Source: Amphiscolops sp. MND2022
Lineage: Eukaryota
Length of the DNA: 64,000 bases
Assembly: GCA_964187785.1 (NCBI GenBank)
Contig: OZ076415.1
Span: forward strand, 64,976,001-65,040,000
Direction: 5' to 3'
Positions within the stretch are counted from its first letter, which is position 1, and each line of letters starts with the position of its first letter. The position numbers and the translations under genes were made by a program. The notes beneath the pieces were generated by a model. It saw only the letters and a list, made by a program, of their open reading frames with translations, was not told the origin of the DNA and searched no databases. Below are positions 41,501-53,500 of this stretch, piece after piece.

Positions 41501-44500
41501 CAAAAATTCACCCTTGTAACAAGCCTAAATTGTATTGTAAAGCCCCGGTGAGTAGTTTCACCGGTAGGACTGAAAATAGGTATACCATTGCTCAATAAGC
41601 TTCTTGATGAGTTGCAATTAACTTTTTGATCCAATTTTGGTGTCAAACTGAAACTTGTTCTTAAGCTCTAACTTAATAACTTAATAATTGAATAATTAAA
41701 ATGATGTCTTTTCGTTACCCTAGTTGAAGCTGCAGGAACTTTTTACATGCTGCAGGCATGCATGCAGGGTAATTTTTTATAAAACCTAGAAAATTCAGTG
41801 AACTTCAGTTGGTAAATCATGTACAATTACACTGCATTTTCCACTATTGTAATTAAAATTTGAAATAAATTACACTAGATTACCGACACGATCACTTTGC
41901 ATTCACACTTTGTTTCTCAACTACTCATCTGATGTGACCACCGCTTCTCAAATAGCACGCTAGACATGACGCTAACTTGCAGTTTATTATGAGACTGAAG
42001 ATATTTTGCATTGATTTAGCGGTAAAATTGATAGCGCCTTATTTGCTTTCAAAATTACAACTGCTGCTTAATGAAACCTGCAAAACTTCAAGGCTTAAAA
42101 TTGCCGCCAAAACTTTGATGAATCTTTCAAGCAGCTTGATAAAAGTTAATTATAACAGGCACAAATTTTCGCATGAAAGTTTCCGTAAGAGTTTTAGAAA
42201 ATCATAATAAAAGTTGCTGGCAACATTAAAGTACATGCAAAAAGTTCAAGCAGTTTCAACAAGGGTAACGCTGTTAATTCTAATCAGTACGACGAAATTT
42301 CCGACGACAAAATTTCTGACGACGAAATTTCTGGATTTGCTAATACGACGAAATTTCCTACGACGAAATTTCTGACGACGAAAGTTCTGGCGACGAAATT
42401 TCCGCCTCCCAGAACCACACTCTCAACTGAGCCAAAAAGTGAAGCCATTGATAAAGTATGTATTTCAAAAAATGATTCCTGCAAGGACCTCAAAGTCCTC
42501 CAAAGTACTCAAAAGGACCCAATTAGATGATGCGTCTCGTTACGTTGATGTTTAATAATTAATTTTCTATGAACACACTTTAAACGGTGATTTATATAAC
42601 ATCAAGTTCTGTGTCACTCGAACGTTTTTAAATTGAACCAGTTCTTAACTATCCACGAATCTAATTTTCTGGAAGGATATTAAAACTAAAGTTCAACAAA
42701 CCTTCGAACAAACTCACAGCGGTATTAAAACTGTGGCAAATCAATTCACAGTGAAAGCTTGGTTTGAAAAAAAAACATTCGATGTAGCTATGAAGTTTCA
42801 CATTCAAAGTTTCACAAAACTTGTTTAGCTACAGTTATTGCCTTGTCTCAGCCTTTTGATTTCTTTACCTGTTGTTTCTTTGAGATATCATTGGCCAATA
42901 TCTTCGAGGAATCCAGCACTTGAACAGCTGTTTCGTCCTCCAAAATGTTTCCCTTAGAAACTGAGAGCGTCTCTAAAATTTTGTCCTCGATTTCTTTCAA
43001 CTGCTTCTTGTTCTCGGCTGACTGGATCAGAAGTGATTGTCTTGATTCTTCCAAGTCCGGTCTTTCCTGTGAACCGAAAGACAGAGAAAAGTTACTTGTT
43101 TTTTGTCTTGATCCAATAATTCCAGGCAAGAACTGATTAGTAGAAAGGAAAATTAGTACTTCGTTGCCACGTTTTTATTCGGAGCTAGCTTTTTGGAGAA
43201 AAAGTGTTCGACTCTTACAATGGCAAGTTTTTCTGTAAACACTTTTACCCTAAGAGTTACATGCATTCCAAGGGTCACTCTTTTAGTCATCTGAGTGTTT
43301 TTAGTCGGCGCTTTTCTAGGGAAAAGTGCCCGATTCTTATAATGGGTAGTTTTTTTTCCTTTTTTTTCGTCAGACCACAGACCTCATCGCGTATGTACCA
43401 CTTTTTACAGACTTCACTCTCGCTCACATGTACTCGTCAGTTTTCGGTTTACGGTGAACCCAGCGGTCACGGGTACGAGTCCTTGCTTTAGCCAGAAACT
43501 TTTTCGAGCGATTTTTTTCGGCACTGTGCGACTCTTTCAATTTTTTTCGGCACTGTGCGACTTTGTTTCGAATTTTTTTTTGTCGTCAAAGGGCCCCCCT
43601 TCAAGTTTTTTGATATTTTGCCCCAAGTTTCAAAAAGCCCAAAGGGTCCCCCTTTCTAGTTTTTCGGCACTATGAGACTGTTTCAAAAATCTCAATTTTC
43701 GTTTTTTTTTCGAAAATTTTTCCAAAAAAAAAATTATATTTTTTAAATGTCTCCAAAGGGTCCCCCCTCAACTTTTTTGATATTTTGCAACAGACTGGAT
43801 TTTCAAAAAGTCGAAAGAAAATTGTCGAACCCTTAAACAAATTTTAAAAAATTGCGCTTTTTTGAGCCTTAGATATAGCGCCGACTTTAGACGTTCCCGT
43901 CTTGTTAGCCTTTAAAAAAACTAGAAGAGACAAATAAGAACTTTGGGGGTTTTGAAGCTGCGAGAACTTTTCGAATTTTTGTGACTCTTTGGATTTGCTT
44001 GACCTTTGGTTTTTTATGGGAGCCTTTTAAATAGTCACACAGTTCCGAAAAAAAAACCTGCTAGGGCTCGACAAAACGTATTCAATCCGAATTAGTATTA
44101 GACAAAAGGAGAACCTACAAACCTTCAAAGCTTCGAATTGTCGTCAAATTTGCCTCGTTGAAGCAACTTAAAAAAGTCAAATACAGTAGCGAAGACTAAC
44201 ACATGAAATTTTTTGTGAGAGTTTCAGAAGATCATAGCAAAAGTTGTTGGCTTTTTTCAACAATATGTAAAACGTTCAAGCAGTTTGAACAACAAGGACA
44301 GAAAATATTTGTAATTCTCGACAAAGGTCAGTTACCTTGGCAACAGTGATGCCGAGCAGTTGGTCCTTGAGACCTTCGGGGGTGATCATGAAGTTGATCA
44401 GACAGACCCTGACTGAGATCCGAGGCAGGTAGTGGGGATTGCGCAACTTGCTGGTCATGTACAGTCTGAAGTCAGGGTGATACTCAATGATGTTGTCACC

Positions 44501-47500
44501 CACTTTTGTGCACTCCAGACCACCTTATAAGGAAATGAAAACAAGTCAGATTCACATTCAAACTTTCGAAAGAACGACTTATCCTCGACAGTACGCTGAG
44601 AAAGTGAAACATTGACTGAAAATTAGCAAATTTTTTTCAAAGCTTCATTTCTTCACAAATAATAGCCGCAGCACAAATCGGTTTTGTGATCCTGAAAGCC
44701 CTTTACCTAATCTTTCAAATTCACATTAATTAGGCTGGGAGTTGCCAGGCCTTTCCAATGCCGGTCGAACTCTTAGCTGAAGCTTCACTGAAAAAACTTG
44801 CAATTGCGTTTTCAATGGTAGCCTAATGTGTTACTAGAGAGGGACAGTAACTTAGCAAACAATTGTTCAGTTATTGAGAAAAGTCAAAGTTTTGAAAAGT
44901 ATTTTTCTGCAAATTTTCACCTTTTTTCTACTTACTTTTTGTCATAATGATACAAGTAACAACTCACCCCAGTTAGTCCAATAGATTGTCGATCCAAAGA
45001 CAATTTTTCGTTTTCCTATATGTTTTTTTGTGTTTCGTAATTTTTTATTGATTGCGAAAAAAAATCGGTGTCTTCATTTGAGGATGAAATCACTGTCGAG
45101 GTTGATGTTGTGTTCGGCGCCCAGACAAAAGGGCCACAGACAAAAAGGCTTCCAGACAAAAGGGCCAAAAAAAACAGACAAAAGGGCCACAGACAAAAAA
45201 GGCAAAAAAGCCGACAAAAGGGCCAATATGCATGGAAGTGGATTTATTTGAAGAGGTTAGCATATTTGTTGCATTTAGATTCCTTGTGAACATATTTCAT
45301 GTGGTATTTTAAGCAAAATTATTTTGGCCCTTTTGTCTGCTTTTTTGGCCTTTTGTCTGTAAACCCTTTTGTCTGTAAGCCTTTTTGTCCGGACATGATT
45401 CTGTCCAGTTAGTGAACGTGATCAACTCACTGTGCTTGAAGAGTTGTTTGCCTAACAGGAAGTCCAGAGAGGCGTCTATGTCCTCTCCTATGTTTTCCAG
45501 GAGGGCTGGGTGCCCGTTCCGGATGGCAGTCTCCAGCTGCAGGTTGAAATCCTTGTCACCCAACTTGAGGATGGTCAACTTGTTCTCCTGCTCCAGACTC
45601 CGGATCCACTGGTTGGCCTGTGACTGTGGGTCTATCATCAAGGGCCTGGAACCAGGGATGTTGATTGGTCAAAAAAAATAAACCAAACTGTCTTCGAAAA
45701 AGTCGTACAAAAACGAAACGTTTTCAAGGGTGGGGTGAACCTTTTGGGGTAAAATGACTTTCTTGACTGAAACAATCAAGAAAACTCTCAACAAATGTTT
45801 TATTGAGAAGAACACTACCGAAAATTCCTAAAGGCGATTTTATAACTGGAAACTTCAAAAAAAACGAAACAGCGAACCTCTACTGAAAAGGGAAAAAAAG
45901 TAAAAAGTCGCACCACAGTGCCGAAAAAAAACAATATAAGAATTTTTTAGACTCTCCTCTACGATCATCAAGCCTTAAAATTTTGGTCCAGTGCGGGACT
46001 TGAACCCACGGACTCATGCTTCCCAGGCACAGTCACCCCAGCGCTTCTATTCGCTATTAGCACAAATTGGAGAAAAAGATTTTTAAAATTTGAAATGCTA
46101 GGACTGATACATTTCGTTATTTTTTCAGAAAACAAACAAAAAATGGTAACCTGATTCGTCAAAAAATCAATCAACCTGATTGGCTGATGAATAAACATTA
46201 TCCCCGAAAGCAAAATTGTTCTGCAACTCAAAACAATAAAGGTAAAGAAGGAATGAAAACCTGCCTGCCGAGAACTCAACAGCCTCTTACTTGAAAGAAA
46301 CAACATTTTTTCTTTAAATTGACCGAGATGTCCGAAAAACCGTTGACCTCGAATTATAAATAAGTTGCGCCGAAGATCGTAACCTCTATCATAAGCAGAG
46401 GGTTGGGAGTTCGATTCTCGATACCGGCAATATATTTTTTCCATAAAAAAACAATGATGCAACTGTTTCATCAATAACCAGAGGGTTGAGAGTTCGATCC
46501 TCGATATCAGCAGTATTTTTTTTTCAACTGGACCAACCATCTGCGACTGTTGTGGACCATGACCCCGTTCTGCACAGAGAAGTGGTCGGTGGGCAGTCCG
46601 TGGATGTTCCACTCCCTGATGGTGATGGGGTCCCCCAAGGTGTCCTTCATGTCGTACTCGGTGGTGCAGGGAAGTGCGTGGCCTCTGCACTCCAGCTGCC
46701 ACGTCTGCACCGTCTCCTCCCGGTACCCGGCCGTGAACGGGCCCAGGTAGGTGATGATGCCCGCACTCAGCAGGATGTCTCCGTGCAGGTTGATGAAGAT
46801 ACCGTGGAACTTCCTGGCAGCTTTGGTCCATCTGGGAGAAAAAAAATAGGAAGATGAACTCTTCCCTTGTCCAAACTGATTGAACTTTTCACATGTTTTT
46901 GAAGGTTGTCAACAACTTTTACCGTGATTATCTAAAATTCTCACGGAAATTTTCATGTGGAATTATTTCTATGTTGCATGAAACTTTTGTCAAACTCTTT
47001 TTAAAGAAGTATTCTAAATTTGAAAAATTTGCAGGGTTCAATATGCATCAGTTGTATTTTTACATGCAACTGAGACGTCAACATGAGTATTCACCGCTGA
47101 ATATCAATAGTGAAAAAAGTCTGAGCTCTCTTTTCAGCTTTTTTCAGTTTCCATGTCACAGCAAAAAAAATGATGTAATTCAAAAAAGGGAATCTTTTGA
47201 TATTTTTTTTCACATCAGAAAATTACGCACACAGAAAAGGATATCATTTTTAAAATACAGCGAAGAAAACTAGAGGTGGAGAAAACCTCGCATAGTAGGT
47301 GAGTCGCGCTCGTTAATTTGTCGGTTCGGTTAAAGAGAAATCATGTTAAAACTGTCACTTTGTGATGTAAAATCACGAAATGAGAGATGGCTCAGTGAAG
47401 AAACTGTTCAAGTTCAGGGCGTCATCATATCGAAAATATCACAATTAATTCTTGAGTTTCGCAAGCTTGGCAATCATCGGAAGAATGTCTATCAAAGTTC

Positions 47501-50500
47501 GAGTTTTTTCTTCCTTAATTAATTCTATGAAAAAATGCATCGGCTCATTTTATTGTCACATTTAAGGTTGCTTAACATCACTAGAAGGGGCTTATCTTAA
47601 GTTGTGAAGCAATTTGAAGTCACTTGAAAAACCTGAACTTTATTTAAGTACCTGTCTTTTTCTCCACCCAGTCCAGATATGAGTTTATCGGCCCTGCTGA
47701 GTTTCTTGGCACAGAGGTCCACTTCCTTTTCCAGCCCGTTCTTTCGCTCCTCTGTGACCTTGAGCTGGTCTTGCAAGGCGGTGAGTTTGTCTTGCACCAG
47801 CTTCAGTTCGTTCCTCTTGGCGTTGAGGGAAGCCATACAGGCAGCCAGATCCCCCTCTGCTTGGGCCAGTTTGGCCTTCTTGGGGGCGACTACTTTTGAG
47901 ATACGTTCGTACATCTCGATTGCCAACACCTAAGGACACATTCTGCAAAATGGATAGAAGAGCTGCATACTTTTGCAAAGTATTTGGCGAGTTTCCACTT
48001 TGCAAAAGTATGCTGCTCTTCTATCCATTTCAAGATAGAAGACTATATAATCTTATAATCTTATATAATCTCTTATAAAATTAAGATTCTCTTATTGCCA
48101 GACAATAACTTTGCTTTAACGAGTTTTCACCCCAAATCTTCCTCAAAATTTTTCCATAGTCCATAGTAAAAAATGATTTTTGTTAGTGAGAACCTTTTCT
48201 ATTACTATCAACTGATATCCATGTACATCAGTTGATACTTATAGAAAAGATTCTTACCAACAAAATCAACACGAAGCCAGTTTATGTTTAGGCTATAGCT
48301 GTGGTCTCGGACATCACTTAGAGGAACAGAAACATGCCAAGGTGTTGACAAACAGTAGAATTTTAACATATCTGAAGCCTAAACATAAACTGACTTCGTG
48401 TTGATTTTGTTGGTAAGAATCATTTCTATAAGTATCAGCTGATGTACATGGATATCAGTTGATCGTAATAGAATAGGTCCTCACTAACAAAAATAATTTT
48501 TTACTATGGACTATGGAAAAATTTTGAGGAAGATTTGGGGTGAGAACTTGTTAAAGCAAAGTTATTGTCTGGCAATAAGAGAATCTTTCATTAACCCTAA
48601 AGAGCCCAGTGGTGCTTTAAAGCAGCCTACCTTTTTTTCCAAATTCTGATTCCTTTTGCCAGTGGCCCATTTTCTCTAAGACAGTTTTTTTCAACAAGTA
48701 ATTGGTACATAGATTGATTTGAATGGCACAAGCATTAGGAAAAGGGAATATGTCTCCAAAGCTGAGAAAAATGCTTTTTTTTGCACAAAAAATAGTTATA
48801 TTTTCTCAAAATTCAGTTTTTGACGAAATCGCGTTTTCTCAAAAGTCTTTGATTAGTAGAAAAAACCAACCAAATATCGTGCCACAGCAAGCCCTGGTGC
48901 AACAAACCCCTATAATATTCTGTTGTTACTACAAGCCCCCGCGCAGCGGGCCGCACGAAGTGCTGAACTGCCGCGAAGCGGCGGTACCGGAAAAAGAAAC
49001 TAAAACTCTGGAGAAGCGGCGACAGGGGCTCACCTGAGCAAAATGAAAGCCCAATACCAGACCTTTCAAACGCGCTATAGTTAGTTTCTCTGGTACGCGT
49101 AGTTGTGGAGATGATGATTTGAAATTTTTCATAAAATTTTTGTGAAAACTTTTAAAAACGCCCGGGTCAATTGGGGTTTAAGAAGTTAATGATAGCTTAT
49201 TCGGCAAAAAACATTTTGGGATGTTTTTCCATCCATTCCCAACAAAAACAGCATATTCATATTCAGTAGCTTAAGTTGTCAAGCGATTTTGGGATAAAAA
49301 TAATTATGGTAGTTTTAGATAATAAAAATCCGTAGATTTTTAAACCTTACAAACAACGTAATGATACAACTGAAACATGAAAGTGGTAAAAACCACATTT
49401 GTTCTAATATTCTAAACCACATTTGAGGTTTTATCAGAAACTTTGTCGTTAGGGGCGACTACATTTCGTGGGGGTAGTTTTCGTAGAAGAAAATCAGTGT
49501 TTGTAAAATCTTCAGTTGAATTGATTCAAATCTACAATACCAGCAAATTTAGCTAAGTATTGAATTTCCCACAAAATTAAGCAAAAGGTTTCACTAACCA
49601 TGCTGACTTTCTCGTAAATCGTTGACTCAAAAGTGAAATTACATAACCTACGTTAATTGTTAATCATCACAACATCGATTGTTTCATTGAAAAGTCATTC
49701 ATGAGTTTCTTGAATGACACACTCCGAGCGGGGTTACCAGGGTTACATCCTTACTGTTCATCCTTGGGCACAATAAGGACTAATTTTTGTATTGGCCGAG
49801 ACAAAAGTGTCTTGGATCCGTCTTTACTCACAACTTCAACTTCCACATCTCTCACAAGATTATCACGTCCAGGGTAGACGTTTTTTACAATGCCAATCTT
49901 CCAAATACCTCGAATTGCAATTTGATCCTCTAACAAAACTACATCGCCGGCTTGAACGTTCTTCCGTTATTTTTTCCAGGTTTTGTAGTAGGCCATTTGA
50001 GGCAAGAAAGACTGCTGCCTTTTCTTCCAGAACGAATTCATAATAGTCTCAACTAGCTTATGTCGAGCCATCTTTTCTGTTTTGACATGGATGAAAGGCA
50101 CCGATTGATTCATTGTTCGGCCAAGTAGAAGACTATTGGGAGACAAATAAAAACCATCTTCGGGTTGAGTAGGGTGTCTGCCAATAGGACGGTCATTGAG
50201 CAAATTAGCTGTCTCAAATAGCACTGTCTGGAATTCGATAAGGGATAAAACTTGACTACCAATTGCGAAGAACAAACATTTTTTCACAGAAGCGATCAAT
50301 GATTCTGCACATGCTTGACGCCAAGGTGCACAGCTTGGTGCAAACTCCCATCTAACTCCTTTGAAAAGCAGTTCTTTTGACAAAATATCAGGATCGAGAA
50401 CTCGATAAACACTTTGGAGTTGCCTGTTTGCACCAACCAATTGTGTGCCAGAATCTGAATGAATCACTTCGGGGTAACCTCTTATAGTAACAAATCTTCG

Positions 50501-53500
50501 GAATGTTTGCAAAAATTCTTCTGTTGAGTAGCTCAAAACAATGTCCAAGTAAACTGCTCTGGAAAACAAACATGTAAAAATAGCCGCATACACTTTCCTT
50601 ACAGTTGATTTTCTGAAGCAATCCTTAACTTCATACGGTCCAAAAAGATCAACGCATATGCTTAAGAAAGGATATGAAAGTTGAGTTCTTTCATCAGTAT
50701 GTGCTCCCATTAACTGAACAGCACTGGTTTTGTTGAAAATTTTGCAACCGGTGCATTTCTTCAGGATATATTTTACTAGTTTCAACAAATGAAAAACCCA
50801 AACTTTTGTTCTGACTTTGCTGGCTGTGTGTAAAACTCCACCATGTCCCATTTCGTGAGCATCTTTGATCAAGAGTTCAACTGATTGCGACTTTGGAATT
50901 AAAGGCACTGTCTGGTGAATCCTCCGCCCCACATGAATAATTCCATTCGGGTCTAAAAAAGCACCCAATGAATCAAATTTCCCAGCTTCAAAATCTGTCA
51001 TAATCTTGTTTTGTTCAGACCTCACTATAAATTCCCAGGCTTCTTTCACTTTTTCGGCATTTGGCATATCTTTCACTTTCCTGAACGATCTTGAAGAACA
51101 AACTGACAACACTCGGGCAACAGTTCGAACAAGTGAGTTAACATTCGAAAATCTAGTAGTGTCAAATTCCACAAATGGAGTTGATTTTCTTTGATTAACT
51201 AGAAAACTTTTGCAGGGAATAACTTCAGGCAGTAGCTCTATCGCATACATTTTTTGTTCAAGGGGCCATTCAAACACAGGATTTTTGAGAAATGAAGGTC
51301 CTGTTTGCCATTGGCTATCAACTCTGAGTTCTTTCGGAGAAGAACCTCTAGAAATTAAATCAGCTACATTGACTTCACCTGAGACCCAATAGAAAGCGTT
51401 CCGGTTTTCAGTTTCCTGAATTTCGCCCAGTCTCACTCCAGTGAAAGAGTTGAAACCATAGGAGTCCTTTTGTATCATTGCTCTTACAACTTCAGAATCA
51501 CAAAGGAACTTCACATCTTTAAAATTGAGTCTGGAATGTTTGAAAAGAAACTTTTTTAATCTGACAGCAACTAAAACACCACACAATTCCAGTCGTACAA
51601 TAGATATTTGCTTCTTCGGGGCTAGTCTGCTTTTAGCAACAATTAACCTAGCTTCATTAGTCCCGTTTGAGAGAGTCCATACCGCGTAGGCAACTGCCCC
51701 ATATGCATCTTTGGAGGAATCACTGAATATGACAAGTATTGGATCACCAACGCCAATGTCATACGGTCTGATTCAACGCACAAACTCAATTTCAGTCATT
51801 TCAAAAAGTTCTCGAAACAACAAAATCCATTCAGTAGTGAGTTCATCCGACAAGGCATCATCCCAATCAGAAGCTTCCTCTGAATTCCTTGTTTTTCGCA
51901 TCAGTTTTTTAGCTTTTACAATGAATGGTGTTGCTAATCCTAAGGGGTCGTAAGTGGAATTGACTTGACTCAAAGCTTGTCGTCTTGTTAAATTGTCAAT
52001 ACCATCTTTTTTGAGATCCTCTGCAGCATGGTACGATTTGATGGGTTCTTTTCCCGATTTTGGCTTGATGACAATTTTCGACTTGAATACAAAAACAACT
52101 TTCTGCAAATTCCAGTAAAGTCCCAAAACTTTTTCATGAGCTGCGAGACCTACTATATCAGATGGCGGCTCCTTATGACCGGAATAAATCCAGTTTTTGA
52201 TTTTAAAAGATCCTTCAGCTAACATTTCATCAATTCTTTTAGTTCGTTTGGTGGCTACGTCATGATCATGGACGCTGTCGACAATGTCATCCATATAAGT
52301 TGAACTTAGAACAACCTTTTTTTCTTCCAAGTACTCGTCATTTGCCATTTCCGTTGTTTTCCTTAAGGCGAGCTAAGCAATTGTTGCTGCGGGTCTGTCA
52401 CCAAAAGAAACTACTTGCATCATATAATGGTCTGGTTTATCATCTTGTCGGTAATCTCTCCACAAAAAACGATGTGTCTGTTGATCTTCAGGATCTAGTC
52501 GCACTGTATGATACATTTGTTTCACATCGCCGATATAGCCCACAAAATGTTCTCTAAATTTTACTAGAATACCCAAAAGATTGCCCAGTAGATCGGGTCC
52601 TTTAGCCCAATACTCATTTAAAACGTGACTTTTGTAATTTGCAGAAGCGTTGAAAACTATTCGACAAGGAGTAGAAGCTGAATCTTGCTTTAGTACTTCA
52701 TGATGGCTGATATAATGCACTGGACCGTCATAATCTAAATCTTCTTTTGACATCTTCTTCGCGACTCCTCGTTCAATCATGTCGTCGATTTGACTTTGGT
52801 ACGTTTTCGCATGAATAGGATCCTTCATGAGCCTCCTTTCAGTAGTGAATAACATCTTCTCTGCAACGTGAAAGTTATTCGGCAATTGCTTTGAACTTTT
52901 TATCCAAGGGTACTTTGCAGTCCAAACTTTATCACAAATAGTCAAACCCTTTTCAATTATTTCTAACTCCTTTTGTTCCTTGATTGAAAACTCAGAGGAA
53001 CCAAGAGGACAACTACCACATTGGCAGTTGCCACATTTGGGGTTACAAGCAATTCCTAAGTTTTCAACGTTGTAGAACTCTTCCATAGTGATAGCTGTCT
53101 GCACGAAGTTAACCTTGGTGAAGGTATAGCCAGACGAGTGGCAGCTACTACCACCAACACATTTACCAAAAGTATTTTCAAACAAGACAAAGTTATTCTT
53201 TCTTTTCACAGGCACAGGATGATACTGAACCACGTTCAAACCTAAGAGTAAGCCAATATGAGCTTTCTGACTATCTTGACAAGCAAAATCTTCCGGAAAC
53301 AGTTTTTTCTGCAGTTCTGTATTGTACATATTTCTAGAAATTTCGTCAACGCCGTAAGCTTCAATTTGCACTAGGTTGTGTTTCCGGTCCTTGATTTCCA
53401 TAACAAAGAGATTCGTTTGTTTTTTGACAACTCTGCCCAATGTTTCCATGGTAATCGACACAGGTTTTCCTTTCAACTTCAAGTTATTTGCTACATTATT

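Noticed and set aside
45975-46510. tRNA-like B-box segments (45975-46040, 46395-46430, 46480-46510; also near 11025, 22710 and 33150) as tRNA genes
   Set aside because: Only T-arm/B-box fragments are recognisable and no full cloverleaf could be built; likely SINE or tRNA-pseudogene debris.
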